From an uncultured Thermoleophilia bacterium (GTDB lineage Bacteria; Actinomycetota; Thermoleophilia; Gaiellales; Gaiellaceae), in the NCBI GenBank assembly GCA_963799895.1, contig CAWCYR010000019.1, positions 31,608-95,607 of the forward strand: DNA of 64,000 nt, written 5' to 3'. Position 1 is the stretch's first letter. Each line of letters begins with the position of its first letter. The position numbers were made by a program, and so were the translations under genes. This document shows positions 1-10,573 of this stretch, piece by piece. The notes beneath the pieces are model-generated. The model saw nothing but the letters and a program-made list of their open reading frames with translations, did no database searches and was not told where the DNA came from.

Positions 1-1
1 G

Positions 2-535
2 TTCGGCAACAACGCCGAGGGTCAGCCGCTCATGCGCGAGCTCGAGCGCTACGTGATCCTCCAGGTTGTCGACACCCGCTGGCGCGAGCACCTCGAGAAC
101 ATGGACTATCTCCGCGAGGGCGTTCACCTCCGCGCGATGGCGCAGAAGGACCCGCTCGTCGAGTACCGGGGCGAGGGCCACACGATGTTCACGGAGCTTG
201 GCTTCGCCATCCACGAGGAGGTCGTGAGCCTCCTGTTCCACGCGCAGATCGAGCCGCACGACGGCGATCTGGGCCTCGAGGCCGGCAACGGCGCCGCCGG
301 GCCGATGTCGTACGAGCACCAGTCACTTTCGGGCTCCGACGCGATCGCCGCGGCGGGGCTCGGCGGCGAGGCGATGGCGACCGCGACCATGGCCGGGAAC
401 ATCGGCGGCAACGGTGGCGGCTCGGTCGCCACCATCCCGCAGCAGCGCGTGGTCTCCGAGGAGCAGAAGCTGGGCCGCAACGACCCCTGCTGGTGCGGCT
501 CCGGCAAGAAGTACAAGAAGTGCCACGGCGCTTAG
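2..535 (+). CDS. secA: Preprotein translocase ATPase SecA, C-terminal ~177 codons (5' end lies upstream of the window)
   Basis: The frame of ORF 32..535 stays open back to nt 2. The translation contains RELERYVILQVVDTRWREHLENMDYLREGVHLRAMAQKDPLVEYRGEG and ends with the SecA zinc-binding tail GRNDPCWCGSGKKYKKCHG. Confidence 0.9.
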   Translation, partial: FGNNAEGQPLMRELERYVILQVVDTRWREHLENMDYLREGVHLRAMAQKDPLVEYRGEGHTMFTELGFAIHEEVVSLLFHAQIEPHDGDLGLEAGNGAAGPMSYEHQSLSGSDAIAAAGLGGEAMATATMAGNIGGNGGGSVATIPQQRVVSEEQKLGRNDPCWCGSGKKYKKCHGA

Positions 536-606
536 TTCCTGCGCGCATCTGACCAGGGGCTGTCCGCGTCGGACCTCCCTCGACCGAGGGGTAGGAGTTC
601 CTGCGG

Positions 607-1273
607 GTGATGCCGAACGCAGAACTCGTGCGCCGGCTCGCCCCCACCGCCGTTGCCCTCCTCGCGCTCGCCTTCGTCGCCGCCGCGTCGGCGCGCGACC
701 CGCGCGCGGAGAAGCTGCACCTGAACGCCCGCGACAACCGGGCGGCTCGCGCGGCGCTGCTCACGTCCGCGGATCTGAGCCAGGCTGGACAGCGCGTCAA
801 GGGCTCGGGCCCGGACGTCGTGCCGAGCTGCCCGGGCTACCGCCCAGACTTCTCGAAGTTCACGGTCACCGGCAAGGCCGCGGCGCAGCTACAAGGCCAC
901 GTCGGCTCGAACGGTCATCTCCTCCGTCGAGATCTACACGAGCCCGGCCCAGGCGACCGCCGACTACCGGCTCGGCACGAGGCCGCAGGTGCCGTCCTGC
1001 CTCGCCAGCACGTTCGAAAGGGAGCCGACTGGCGACCCCAGCGGTGCACATCAAGGCCGTGAGCGCGAAGCAGTTAGCGGCGCCGCGGATCGGCGATCGG
1101 TCGGCGCGCTACAAGATCGTCTTGCGTTGACCGGGCCGTCGGGCTCCGTGCCGCTGTACGTCGACGCCATCGTGTTCCAGAAGGGCCGAACGATCGCACT
1201 GCTCATGGCGACGGGCGTCCCGCAGCCGATCACGGACGGCCGTCATGGCGAGCGTCATGTCCGCGCGGGTTGA
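607..1273 (+). pseudogene. Hypothetical secreted protein, reading frame broken several times
   Basis: Signal-peptide-like start MMPNAELVRRLAPTAVALLALAFVAAASA in the frame of 607. Protein-like sequence then continues in other frames: SYKATSARTVISSVEIYTSPAQATADYRLGT, then VHIKAVSAKQLAAPRIGDRSARYKIVL, then LTGPSGSVPLYVDAIVFQKGRTIALLMATG. This implies at least 3 frame changes between ~885 and ~1130. Confidence 0.5.
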
Positions 1274-1339
1274 TCTAGTTCCGCGCGGACAGTCCGGCGC
1301 GCGCTAGCAAGCCGAGACTCGGAGGGTAGGATCGTCCGC

Positions 1340-2447
1340 ATGGCCGAGACGCAGACGCAGCAATCGCTCGCCGAGCAGCTCGAAGGGATCGCGACCCAGC
1401 TCGCCTGGGTCCGTGATTACCTTTGACCCGGATGCGCTAGCGGCCCGCGCGGCCGAGCTCGAGGCGCGCATGGGCGCGCCCGGCTTCTGGGACGACCAGC
1501 AGCAAGCGGCGCGGATCTCCGCCGAGCAGGCGCGCGCGACGCGCAAGCTCGAGACGTACCGCCGCCTCTCCGACGACTTCGAGGCGATCAGCGCGCTGGC
1601 CGCCGAGGGCGACGACGACGGCGACCTGACGGCGCTCGTCACGCCGCTGGAGCGTGAGCTGAACCGGCTCCAGGAGGACGCGCTGTTCACCGGCCAGTAC
1701 GACGCGGGCGACGCGCTGCTCTCGATCCACGCCGGCGAGGGCGGCACGGATGCCCAGGACTGGGCCGAGATGCTCGCGCGCATGTACCTGCGCTGGGCCG
1801 AGCGGCGCGGGCTCAAGGCCGAAGTCGTCGAGGCGAGCCCGGGGGAGGAGGCGGGCCTCAAGTCGATCGCCATGACCGTGCAGGGCGAGAACGCGTACGG
1901 CACGCTCAAGGCCGAGCGCGGCGTCCACCGGCTCGTCCGCCTCTCGCCGTTCGATTCCGCCCATCGCCGGCAGACGTCGTTCGCCCAGGTCATCGTCGCT
2001 CCGCTGGTGGCCGACGACGCGGAGGTCGAGATCGACGAGGGCGACCTCCGGATCGACACCTACCGTGCGAGTGGTGCCGGCGGACAGCACGTCAACAAGA
2101 CCGACTCGGCCGTGCGGATCACGCATCTCCCGACCGGGATCGTCGTGCAGAACCAGAACGAGCGCTCGCAGTCGTCCAACAAGCAAGCGGCCATGCGGCT
2201 GCTCCGCTCACGCCTCGCCGAGCTCGCCGAGGAGCAGCGCGAGGAAGAGCTGGCCCGCGAGCGCGGCGTGGCGCAGAACACCGGTTTCGGCAGCCAGATC
2301 CGCAGCTATGTGCTCCACCCGTATCAGCTCGTCAAGGATCTCCGCACCCAGCATGAGACCGGCAACACCCAGGCCGTGCTCGACGGTGATATCGACGATT
2401 TCATCCGCTCATACCTGCTCGCTCAGGCGACCGAAAAGCCCGGCTAG
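1340..2447 (+). CDS. prfB: Peptide chain release factor 2, expressed through a programmed +1 frameshift at codon 29
   Basis: ATG 1340 opens MAETQTQQSLAEQLEGIATQLAWVRDYL, which stops at TGA 1424-1426. The RF2 body continues in the +1 frame (ORF 1413..2447) and carries the SPF motif (RLSPFDSAHRR) and the GGQ motif (SGAGGQHVNKTDSAVR). Confidence 0.93.
1421..1427 (+). promoter_or_regulatory. RF2 autoregulatory +1 ribosomal frameshift site CTT TGA C
   Basis: Exact heptamer CTT-TGA-C at the junction of the short 0-frame leader and the +1-frame RF2 body. Confidence 0.9.
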
Positions 2448-2604
2448 CAGGAGGTTTAGCTAGACTCCCGAACTCCCGAGAACCGGTGTGGCCCTACGGC
2501 GGCCGCCCACCTCCGATCCGGTGCAGGAAGAACTCGTAGACATCCAGACCACCACGGCGTTGGCCGAGCCAGAGGCCGAGCGGCCGGCGGTCAGCGCGCG
2601 GTCG

Positions 2605-3288
2605 ATGATCGTCTTCGACGGCGTGAGCAAGATCTACGAGCCCAACGTCGCCGCGCTCCGCGAGGTCTCCTTCATCATCGACAAGGGCGAGTTTGTCTTT
2701 CTCGTCGGCCCCTCGGGCTCGGGCAAGTCGACGGCGATCCGCATGCTGCTGAAGGAGGTCGAGCCGACCTCCGGCCGCGTGATCGTGTCGGGCCGCGACC
2801 TGGGTCGGCTGCGCCGCTCCAAGGTGCCGATGCTCCGCCGCAACCTCGGCTGCGTGTTCCAGGACTTCAAGCTGCTCCCGAACCGGTCTGCGTACGACAA
2901 CGTCGCCTACGCCCTCAAGGTGCAGGGCGAGCACCGCAACAACGTCCGCAAGAAGGTGCCGGAGGTGCTCTCGCTCGTCGGCCTCGCCGACAAGATGAGC
3001 TCGCTTCCCGACGAGCTGTCCGGCGGCGAGCAGCAGCGCGTCTCGATCGCACGCGCCGTCGTCAACCGGCCGCCGCTGCTCATCTGCGACGAGCCGACGG
3101 GCAACCTCGACCCCGACACGTCGGTCGGGATCATGCAGCTGCTCTACCGCATCAACCGCGCCGGCACGACCGTGCTCATGGCCACGCACGACCGCGAGAT
3201 GGTCGACAAGATGCGCCGCCGCGTGATCGCGCTCGAGGATGGCGCGCTGATTCGCGACGAGCGCCGCGGGGGGTATACGACCGAGTGA
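2605..3288 (+). CDS. ftsE: Cell-division ABC transporter ATP-binding protein FtsE (a longer alternative start is GTG 2488)
   Basis: [11 protein letters not shown]..., Walker [13 protein letters not shown] signature [14 protein letters not shown] and Walker [16 protein letters not shown] 2605 gives a typical FtsE length of ~227 aa. The gene sits directly upstream of ftsX and overlaps it. Confidence 0.9.
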   Translation: MIVFDGVSKIYEPNVAALREVSFIIDKGEFVFLVGPSGSGKSTAIRMLLKEVEPTSGRVIVSGRDLGRLRRSKVPMLRRNLGCVFQDFKLLPNRSAYDNVAYALKVQGEHRNNVRKKVPEVLSLVGLADKMSSLPDELSGGEQQRVSIARAVVNRPPLLICDEPTGNLDPDTSVGIMQLLYRINRAGTTVLMATHDREMVDKMRRRVIALEDGALIRDERRGGYTTE

Positions 3289-4175
3289 GGCTGCGGATGC
3301 TCTTCTCGGAGTCGTTCCGCTCCATGACGGCGAACATCTCGACGACCGCGGCGGCGACGCTGACCGTGCTCATCGGCATGTTCCTCGTCGGCGTGCTGCT
3401 CGCGTTCGGCACCTGGGCGCGCAGCTGGAGCGACCAGAAGAAGGACGAGCTCGTCGTGAAGGTCTACTTCTGCACCCAGCTCGAGTGCGGCACGGACGCC
3501 ACCAAGGCGCAGGAGAACGCCGTCGGGGCGACGCTCCGGAACAACGCCCTCGTCAAGCCGGGCGGCGTCGTCTTCATCTCCAAGGCCGCGGCCTACAAGA
3601 AGATGAGCAAGGAGCACCCGGAGATCATGAGCGAGCTCTCGACGAACCCGCTCCCGGACTCGCTCGCCGTCACGCCGCTGCACGGCGAGGATACGGCGAA
3701 GATCGCCGCAAGCCTGGACCCGAAGCCGAAGGGCGTGGAGCAGGTCAAGTACGGCCAGAAGACGACGAGCCGCGTGCTGCAGCTCGCGCACGTGATCGAG
3801 ACGGTCTTTGTCTTCGCGGTGCTTATCCTGCTCGCGGCCGCGATGATCCTGATCGCGAACACGATCCGCCTGTCGATCTTCTCGCGGCGCCGGGAGATCG
3901 AGGTGATGAAGCTCGTCGGCGCGTCCAACTGGTTCGTCCGCGGGCCGTTCATGCTCGAGGGTCTGCTCTGCGGCCTGGTCGGATCCGTCCTCGCCGTGGT
4001 GCTGCTGTTCATCTCGCGTGAGGCTGTGGCCGGGCCGATCCTCGACAACCTCGACGCCGCCGACGGCGCGCACGCGATCGCGTTCACCCTGAACGCCCTG
4101 ATCCTGTGCGGCCTCGGCCTCCTCATCGGGGCGCTCGGGTCGGGCCTTACGGTTCGCCGCTTCCTCAAGGTCTAA
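3285..4175 (+). CDS. ftsX: Cell-division permease-like protein FtsX
   Basis: 296-aa ORF overlapping the ftsE stop. It has an N-terminal TM, a periplasmic domain and three C-terminal TMs ([25 protein letters not shown] is the FtsX signature region). Confidence 0.9.
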   Translation: MRLRMLFSESFRSMTANISTTAAATLTVLIGMFLVGVLLAFGTWARSWSDQKKDELVVKVYFCTQLECGTDATKAQENAVGATLRNNALVKPGGVVFISKAAAYKKMSKEHPEIMSELSTNPLPDSLAVTPLHGEDTAKIAASLDPKPKGVEQVKYGQKTTSRVLQLAHVIETVFVFAVLILLAAAMILIANTIRLSIFSRRREIEVMKLVGASNWFVRGPFMLEGLLCGLVGSVLAVVLLFISREAVAGPILDNLDAADGAHAIAFTLNALILCGLGLLIGALGSGLTVRRFLKV

Positions 4176-4226
4176 TCCCGCAAAAGTCCGGCTGCGCTTC
4201 GCGTAGCCATGACGACTTCTGCGGGA
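4176..4226 (+). terminator. Long imperfect stem-loop immediately after the ftsX stop (possible terminator)
   Basis: TCCCGCAAAAGT (4176-4187) pairs with ACTTCTGCGGGA (4215-4226) at 11 of 12 positions. It encloses a nested GGCTGCG/CGTAGCC hairpin. There is no U-tract. Confidence 0.3.
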
Positions 4227-4369
4227 GTGAGAACCCAGTTAGACGCGCCGGAGCCGCGCTGTGACCGCGGCCGGGCAAGCCGGCCTCCGTCGATTGCAGG
4301 CGCGCCGAACACCCATGGAGGCGGGACACTTCCGTTTCAGTGCCAGGCACGCGAACAGATGTGTAACGG

Positions 4370-6097
4370 ATGAGTGAGCGAATCGTTGTCGAGGTTGGCC
4401 GGCGGGGGAAGCTCCTCGTCGGCGAGCCGTACTTCGCGCCGGGGACGCCGCTCGTGCTCGACCGGAAGCGGCTCGGGGACGCGCACCCGGGCGATCTCGC
4501 CGTCGTGCTCCCGGGCCGCGGCCGCGCTCGGGTGGAGCGGGTCGTCGGGCCCGCCTCGTCGCTGGCGGCCGTGCTCGAGGCGCTCCTCGAGCAGCAGGGC
4601 CTGCGCGCGGCCTTCGAGCCGTACGACCCGCCCGAGCCGCCACTCGAGGGCCGCACCGACCTGCGGGACCTCGTCACGTTCACGGTCGACCCGGACACGG
4701 CCAAGGACTTCGACGACGCCATCTCGGCGCGCGCCGAGGGCGACGGGATCCGCATCTGGGTGCACATCGCCGACGTGTCCGCGTTCGTCCCGGCCGGCAG
4801 CCCGCTCGACCTCGGCGCCTCGCACCGCGGCAACTCCGTCTACGTGCCCGGCCGCGTCTCGCCGATGCTCCCGCCGGAGCTCGCGGACGATCGCTGCAGC
4901 CTGCGCCCGCACGTCGACCGGCTCTGCCTGACCGTCGAGGTGCCGTTCGACGCGAAGCTCGACGCGGGCGAGCCGCTCTTCTACCGCTCCGTGATCCGGA
5001 GCGACGAGCGCCTCACGTACGGCCGTGCCCAGGCGATCCTCGCGGGCGCCGACCGGCCGGACGCGCCCGACGTCGGCGAGGCGGTTGCGCTGACGGATCG
5101 GGTCGCGCGCGAGCTTCGCCGGCGCCGCTTCGCGCGCGGTGCCCTCCGCATCGCCTCGCCGGAGCTGACCTTCGCGTTCGACGACGACGGCCAGGTCGAG
5201 CGCGCCTGGCTCGAGGCCGAGCCGCAGGCGCACGCCCTCGTCGAGGAGCTGATGATCCTCGCCAACGAGGCCGTCGGCGCGCTGCTCGCGGATCGCCGGC
5301 GCGAGGCGCTCTTCCGCATCCACGAGAACCCCGACCCCCAGGCGATCATGCTGCTGATCGCCAAGCTGGCCGACCTCGGCGTGCCGACGCCGCCGGCGCC
5401 CGACGAGGATCACGTGACTCCGGCAGATGCTGCCGCGCTCGCCGGCGCGATCAGCGAGCGTGTGACCGGGTACGTCGAGCAGTCGGGGCGCGGCCGCGAG
5501 GCGTTCCCGGCGCTCGTCCTCCGTGCGCTGAAGCAGGCGCGCTACGACGCCCGCAACCTCGGCCACATGGGCCTGGCGAGCCGCGCCTACTGCCACTTCA
5601 CCTCGCCGATCCGGCGCTACCCCGACCTCGTCTGCCATCGCGCGCTGCTGCGCGAGCTCGGCGTCTCGGACGAGCCGGTGGCGCCGGAGGAGCTCGACGT
5701 CGTCGCGGAGCGGACGTCGGCGACCGAGCGCGCAGCGAGCCGCACCGAGTACCTCGCCGACGAGATCTGCCTCGCCTGGCTGCTGGAGCGGGAGCTCTAC
5801 GACCGTGGCTACGACGAGCCGTACGACGGCGAGATCACGGGGCTGATCGGCTCCGGGCTGTTCGTCCGCTTCGGCGAGGTCTACGAGGGCTACGTACCCG
5901 TGCGGCGGCTGCCCGGCGACTACTTCGAGCTGACCGAGCTGGGCACCGCGCTCGTCGGCCGCCGGAGCAACCGGGCCTTCCGGCTTGGCGACGCGATCCA
6001 GGTAACCGTCGGCTCCGTCGACCGGACCACGGGCAAGGTCGATCTCGCCCCCTTCCTAGAATCGTCGGAATGGCGCGGAAAACGGGCGAGAAGCTGA
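4370..6097 (+). CDS. rnr: RNase II/RNase R family 3'-5' exoribonuclease
   Basis: 575-aa intact ORF. RNB-domain motifs FTVDPDTAKDFDDAIS, IWVHIADVS, SVYVPGRVSPMLP and HFTSPIRRYPDL are present, with a C-terminal S1-like segment (GEITGLIGSGLFVRFGEVYEGYV). Confidence 0.85.
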   Translation: MSERIVVEVGRRGKLLVGEPYFAPGTPLVLDRKRLGDAHPGDLAVVLPGRGRARVERVVGPASSLAAVLEALLEQQGLRAAFEPYDPPEPPLEGRTDLRDLVTFTVDPDTAKDFDDAISARAEGDGIRIWVHIADVSAFVPAGSPLDLGASHRGNSVYVPGRVSPMLPPELADDRCSLRPHVDRLCLTVEVPFDAKLDAGEPLFYRSVIRSDERLTYGRAQAILAGADRPDAPDVGEAVALTDRVARELRRRRFARGALRIASPELTFAFDDDGQVERAWLEAEPQAHALVEELMILANEAVGALLADRRREALFRIHENPDPQAIMLLIAKLADLGVPTPPAPDEDHVTPADAAALAGAISERVTGYVEQSGRGREAFPALVLRALKQARYDARNLGHMGLASRAYCHFTSPIRRYPDLVCHRALLRELGVSDEPVAPEELDVVAERTSATERAASRTEYLADEICLAWLLERELYDRGYDEPYDGEITGLIGSGLFVRFGEVYEGYVPVRRLPGDYFELTELGTALVGRRSNRAFRLGDAIQVTVGSVDRTTGKVDLAPFLESSEWRGKRARS

Positions 6098-6534
6098 TCG
6101 CGGAGAACCGGCGCGCGCGCTACGAGTACGAGCTGCTCGAACGCGTGGAGACCGGGATCGTGCTGACCGGCACCGAGGTGAAGTCGCTTCGCGAGGGCCG
6201 GGCGACGCTCGCGCAAGCGTACGCCGACGTGCGCGACGGCGAGCTCTGGCTCATCGGCCTGCACATCTCCCCCTACGAGCAGGGCACAAGCGGCGCGCAC
6301 GATCCCGACCGTCCGCGCAAGCTGCTCGCGCACCGGCGCGAGATCGACTCGCTCTACGGCATGGTGCGCGAGAAGGGCCTGACGCTCGTGCCCACGCGCC
6401 TGTACTTCAAGGACGGGCGCGTCAAGGCTGAGCTGGCGGTCGCGCGCGGCAAGGAAGTGCGTGACAAGCGCCGCGACATCGCGAAGCGCGAGGCCGACCG
6501 CCAGATCGAGCGGGCTCTGAAGAGTCGGCGCTGA
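6070..6534 (+). CDS. smpB: SsrA-binding protein SmpB
   Basis: 154 aa. KLIAENRRARYEYELLERVETGIVLTGTEVKSLREGRA... and LVPTRLYFKDGRVKAELAVARGKE are typical SmpB sequence. The gene overlaps the rnr 3' end by 28 nt. Confidence 0.93.
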   Translation: MARKTGEKLIAENRRARYEYELLERVETGIVLTGTEVKSLREGRATLAQAYADVRDGELWLIGLHISPYEQGTSGAHDPDRPRKLLAHRREIDSLYGMVREKGLTLVPTRLYFKDGRVKAELAVARGKEVRDKRRDIAKREADRQIERALKSRR

Positions 6535-6535
6535 T

Positions 6536-9500
6536 CTACGGAAGCGGCGGCGTCGCGAGCGAGACGACGCCGAGCCGCTCGAGAATGCCCTCGCATTCCC
6601 GGCGGGCGGCCTCGACGTCGTCGGCGAGCTTCGTGTCCGCCAGCGCGCGCAGCGTCAGCGCCAGCTCGTACTCGGCGGCGATCTCGCGCGCGACCACGAG
6701 GCTTGCGTCGAAATGGGCGCGGGCCTCTTCGCCCGGCCGCCGCGCCTGCACGAGCGCGTAGCCGGCGACCCGCTCGAGCTGCGCGAGCGGGCGCGAGGGG
6801 CCGAGCGGGCGCACCTTGGCGAGCGTCGCTTCGGCGAGCTCCCGGGCCTCGGCGTAGCGGCCCTCGAGCACGAGCGACTGCGCAAGCCAGGCGTCCGTCT
6901 CGTGGACGAACTTGTCCGCGCCGGCCCCGCGGAACGCCTCGGCCGCCTGGTCGAGCAGCTTGTGCGCCTCCTCGCTTCGCCGGGCGCGGGCTGCGACCAG
7001 CCCGAGGCTGCCGGTCGCGAGCGCGACCCCGAGGGTGTAGTGCGACGCACGCCAAACGCGCAGCGCCTCCTCGAAGAGCCGCTTCGCTTCCTCGAGCCGG
7101 CCCTGATCGGACAGCACCTCGGCCTCGTTGTACTGCGCGCGGGCGTTGTTGACGACATCTCCGGCCCTCCCCGCGAGCTCGCCGCTTCGCCGGTAGAGCG
7201 TCAACGCCTCGTCCCACCGGCCGGCGTAGTAGGCCGCAACGCCGGCGTTGTTGACCAGGCTCGACTGCCCGACCAGGTCGCCGGCTTCCTCCAGCATCGG
7301 CAAGGCGCGGTCGCGGCTCTCCGGATCGGGCGTCCCGACCTCCGTCAGGGCGATGTCCATGAGGTACAGGCCGTGTCCGATCGCCCGCGAATCGCCTGCC
7401 TGCTCGGCGAACTCAACCGCACGGCCGGCGTGCTCGATCGTCGCCTGGTAGTCGCCCTGGCGGTACTTCACGCCGGCGTACGCAAGCTCGATGTCGGCGA
7501 TCGAGCTCGCGAGTGAGTCGTCGCCCGTGCCCACGCCGTCGAGTGCCTCCTGATAGAAGACGAGCGCGTCGTTGTACGCGGCCTGGCGCTCGCGGAGCAC
7601 GCCGCGTTTCCGACGGAGGCGGGTGGTCGCGACGACATCGGCGGTGAGGTCCTGCGCCCGTGCGTACGCCGGCTCGGCGCGGCCATACGCGGCGAAGAGC
7701 TCGCACGCGTCGCCGAGCGACTCCGCGACACGGGCAACCTCCGGCGTGCTCAGCCCGAGTGCGTCCGCCGCTGCGAGGGCCCGGTCGTACAGCTCCGCGG
7801 CGACGACGTTCGCATACTGGTCCCGCGCACGGTCACCCGCGATGACGGCGAACCGCCAGGCCGACTCGTACTCGCCGGCCTCGAAGAAGTGGAGCGACAG
7901 GACCGCCGCCTCCTCATCGGCGCGGTCGCCTGCGCGCGCCTCGATCGCCTCGCCGACGCGGCGGTGGATATCACGCCGCCTCCGGAACGAAAGCCCCGCA
8001 TATGCAGTTGCGCGAAAGAGGTCATGGCGGAAGCGCAGGACGTCGTCGGCGTCCCAGCCGACGAACTCGCCGAGGCGGCGCCAGCGCTCGAGGTCGCCCA
8101 CGTCCTCGATGTCGCCCTTGAGTGCGCGGTCGAGGAGGTCGAGGTCGAAGCTGGGACCGATGACAGCGGCGTAGCGGAGGAGCATCCGGTCGGCGGCGTC
8201 CAGCCTGTCGATGCGCGCCGTGATCAGCGTCTCGACCGATTCCGGGAGCGCGTCCGTCGTCGTGCCGCTTCGCGCGGCCGCGACGAGCTCGCGCACGAAG
8301 AGCGGGTTCCCGCCGGAGCGTTCGGCGAGCACCGCCATCGTCTCGCGCGAGAGCGCAGCGTCTTCCGCGGCGGCAAGCGCCAGCGCGGCGGCCGCTTCCG
8401 CGCCGAGCGGCTCGAGTGCGATCGCCCCGCTCCCGTCGGGCAAGACCGGCGCGCCTTCAGGGCGCCGGGTCAGTACGACGAGCCAGGGCTTCCCCAGCGG
8501 GTTCGCCATCAGGTGGGCGAGCGCAAACCGCGTCGAGTCGTCCATCCAGTGCGAGTCCTCGAAGATCATCAGCGTGGGCATGAGGAACATCCGCATGAAG
8601 AACTGCTCCAGCGCTTCGTGCAGCTTGTCCCGCCGGAACTTCTCGTCGATCGCCTCCGTCTCGGGCGTCATCTCGACCGTCGCATCGAACGGGATGGCGA
8701 GTAGCGGAAGCCACGGCGCGAGATCCGGCATGACGGCCGGGATGAACGACTGCAGGTGAGCGCCCGCCTCCTCGGGCGAGAGACCCGGCATGATCCCCGC
8801 GAGCGGCCGCAGGTTCTCGCGGAAGGGGTAGAAGGGAATGGAGGTCGCGTAGCGCTCACACGCCGCGGTCAGCTGGTTGAACCCGACCGCCCGCGTCTTG
8901 AGCTCCTCGATCAGCCGCGACTTGCCGATGCCGGGCTCGCCGACGAGCTCGATGAGGCGCCCCTGGCGCATGCGCCCGGCGTTGATCGCCTCGTCGAGCA
9001 TGGCGAGCTCCGCGTCGCGGCCCACGATCGGCAGAACCTGCGCGGCCTGCTCCTTCCGGACCCCGGTTACGGCCCCGACGCTGTAGGCCGTGACGGCGCG
9101 CTCCTTCCCCTTGACGAGCAGTGGTTGGCCCTCGGTCTCGAACTGCGTCGCCGAGCGCTCGAGCACGTCGCCCGTCGCGAGGAGCCCGCCTGGCTGCGCC
9201 CGCGCGACGAGCCGCGCGGCGAGGTTGACCGTGTCGCCCATGACGGCGTAGGTCCGGCGGGCGGTCGCGCCGATGTCGCCGGCGAACACGGGACCGCGGT
9301 TCACGCCCGCGCGCAGGTCGAGTGGCGGCCGCGCGTCGAGGATTGCGCGGACGCCGCGCAGCATCCGCTCCTCGTCGTCGCCGGACGTGGCCGGAGCCCC
9401 GGCAGTCAGATAGATCTTCCCGGCGTTCACGTCGATGTCGGACTCGAGCCAGGTGATGTCGAGCTCGTCGGCGACGCGGCTGACGACCGACGCAAGCTGC

Positions 9501-10340
9501 TTGAAGGCGGTCGAAGGCGCCGGCCGCGCCCTCGGCGGCGATGACGTCGTCGATGCCTGCGTACTTCAGGAATGCGACCGTGGCCTGGCGGTGCTCGGCT
9601 TCGCCCTGGGCGTAGGCGAGCTGGCCGCGCAGCGCCATCGGGATGTAGAGCTCGAGGTCCGGCGAGATTTCGAGCGGCTCGTCCGGGTGGGTCGGGACGG
9701 AAATGTCGTCGGGCTCCTTCGCCAGGAGAATGCCTTCGTCCCGGCGCTCGCCGAGCCAGCGCGCGTCGAGCGCCTCGGCGGTCGATTCGCTGACGAGCAC
9801 CTCGCCGGCCTGCGAGGCGTCTTCCAGCCGGAACGTCTCGGTGGTCGCAGGCCCCGTGACCATCAGCTCGCGGTGCGTGCCCTCGACGAGGAAGGCGTGG
9901 ATGGTGCCGGTGTAGACGCCGGTCGACATACGCAGCGACACGGGGCCGACCGAGCTCATCGTGCTGCCGGCGTGCTCGATAAACCACTGCATCTCGATCG
10001 AGGCGAGGCACGCGCGCTCCTCGTGGCCGTCGCCCTCGAACAGGAGGAGCAGGGCGTCGCCGCGGAACTTGAGCACGTCGCCGCCGCGGCGGAGCGTGAT
10101 CCCGATCAGGCCCTCGAAGACGCCGCTGATGACGAGGATGAGCTCCTCCGAGCCGGCGCGGCCCTTGGCCGCGAGGCGCTCCGAGAGGGCGGTGAACCCG
10201 GAGAGGTCGACGGAGACGAGTGTCCCCGGCAGCTCACGGAAACGCTCGCCGGGCGCCTGCCCGGCCCAGTCCACGACGAGGCGCGGGAGGTAGGCGCTCA
10301 GCCCTGAACGCATCTCTGCGGCGACGTCTATCTCGGCCAT
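6536..10340 (-). CDS. Tandem class III nucleotidyl cyclase domains, AAA/STAND ATPase and TPR protein (~1267 codons), with one frame change near 9508
   Basis: The N-terminal part is in ORF 8856..10436 from ATG 10340. It holds cyclase domain 1 (VSVDLSGFT, KFRGDALL). After ...GAAGAFDR the protein continues in the frame of ORF 6536..9430 (FKQLASVVSRVADELDITWLESDIDVNAGKIYL...). That frame carries cyclase domain 2 (MGDTVNLAARL), the P-loop GEPGIGKSRL and a long TPR-like C-terminus. Confidence 0.8.
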
Positions 10341-10573
10341 GACTCGCCGAGAATGTATGCCCCGGGCCGGCCCGCGACCAAGAACGGCGCGACTAGGACC
10401 TGCCGACGCGAAAGATAGGCCATCCGGCCGATGCATCTCTTGCCAGGCGGTGTAGGCTTGCGCAGATTTTCGGGGCTATTGAGTTCCGGCGAGTTTCGTG
10501 GCATGGTCACGGCTCGCTGGCGAGGCGAGGAAGAGATGCGGGGATCTGGTGGTGGCGGCCGCCACGAAAAACG

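Noticed and set aside
10548-10561. 14-bp palindrome GTGGCGGCCGCCAC upstream of the giant gene
   Set aside because: No loop and no flanking half-sites or repeats. GC-only palindromes of this size are expected by chance at this composition.
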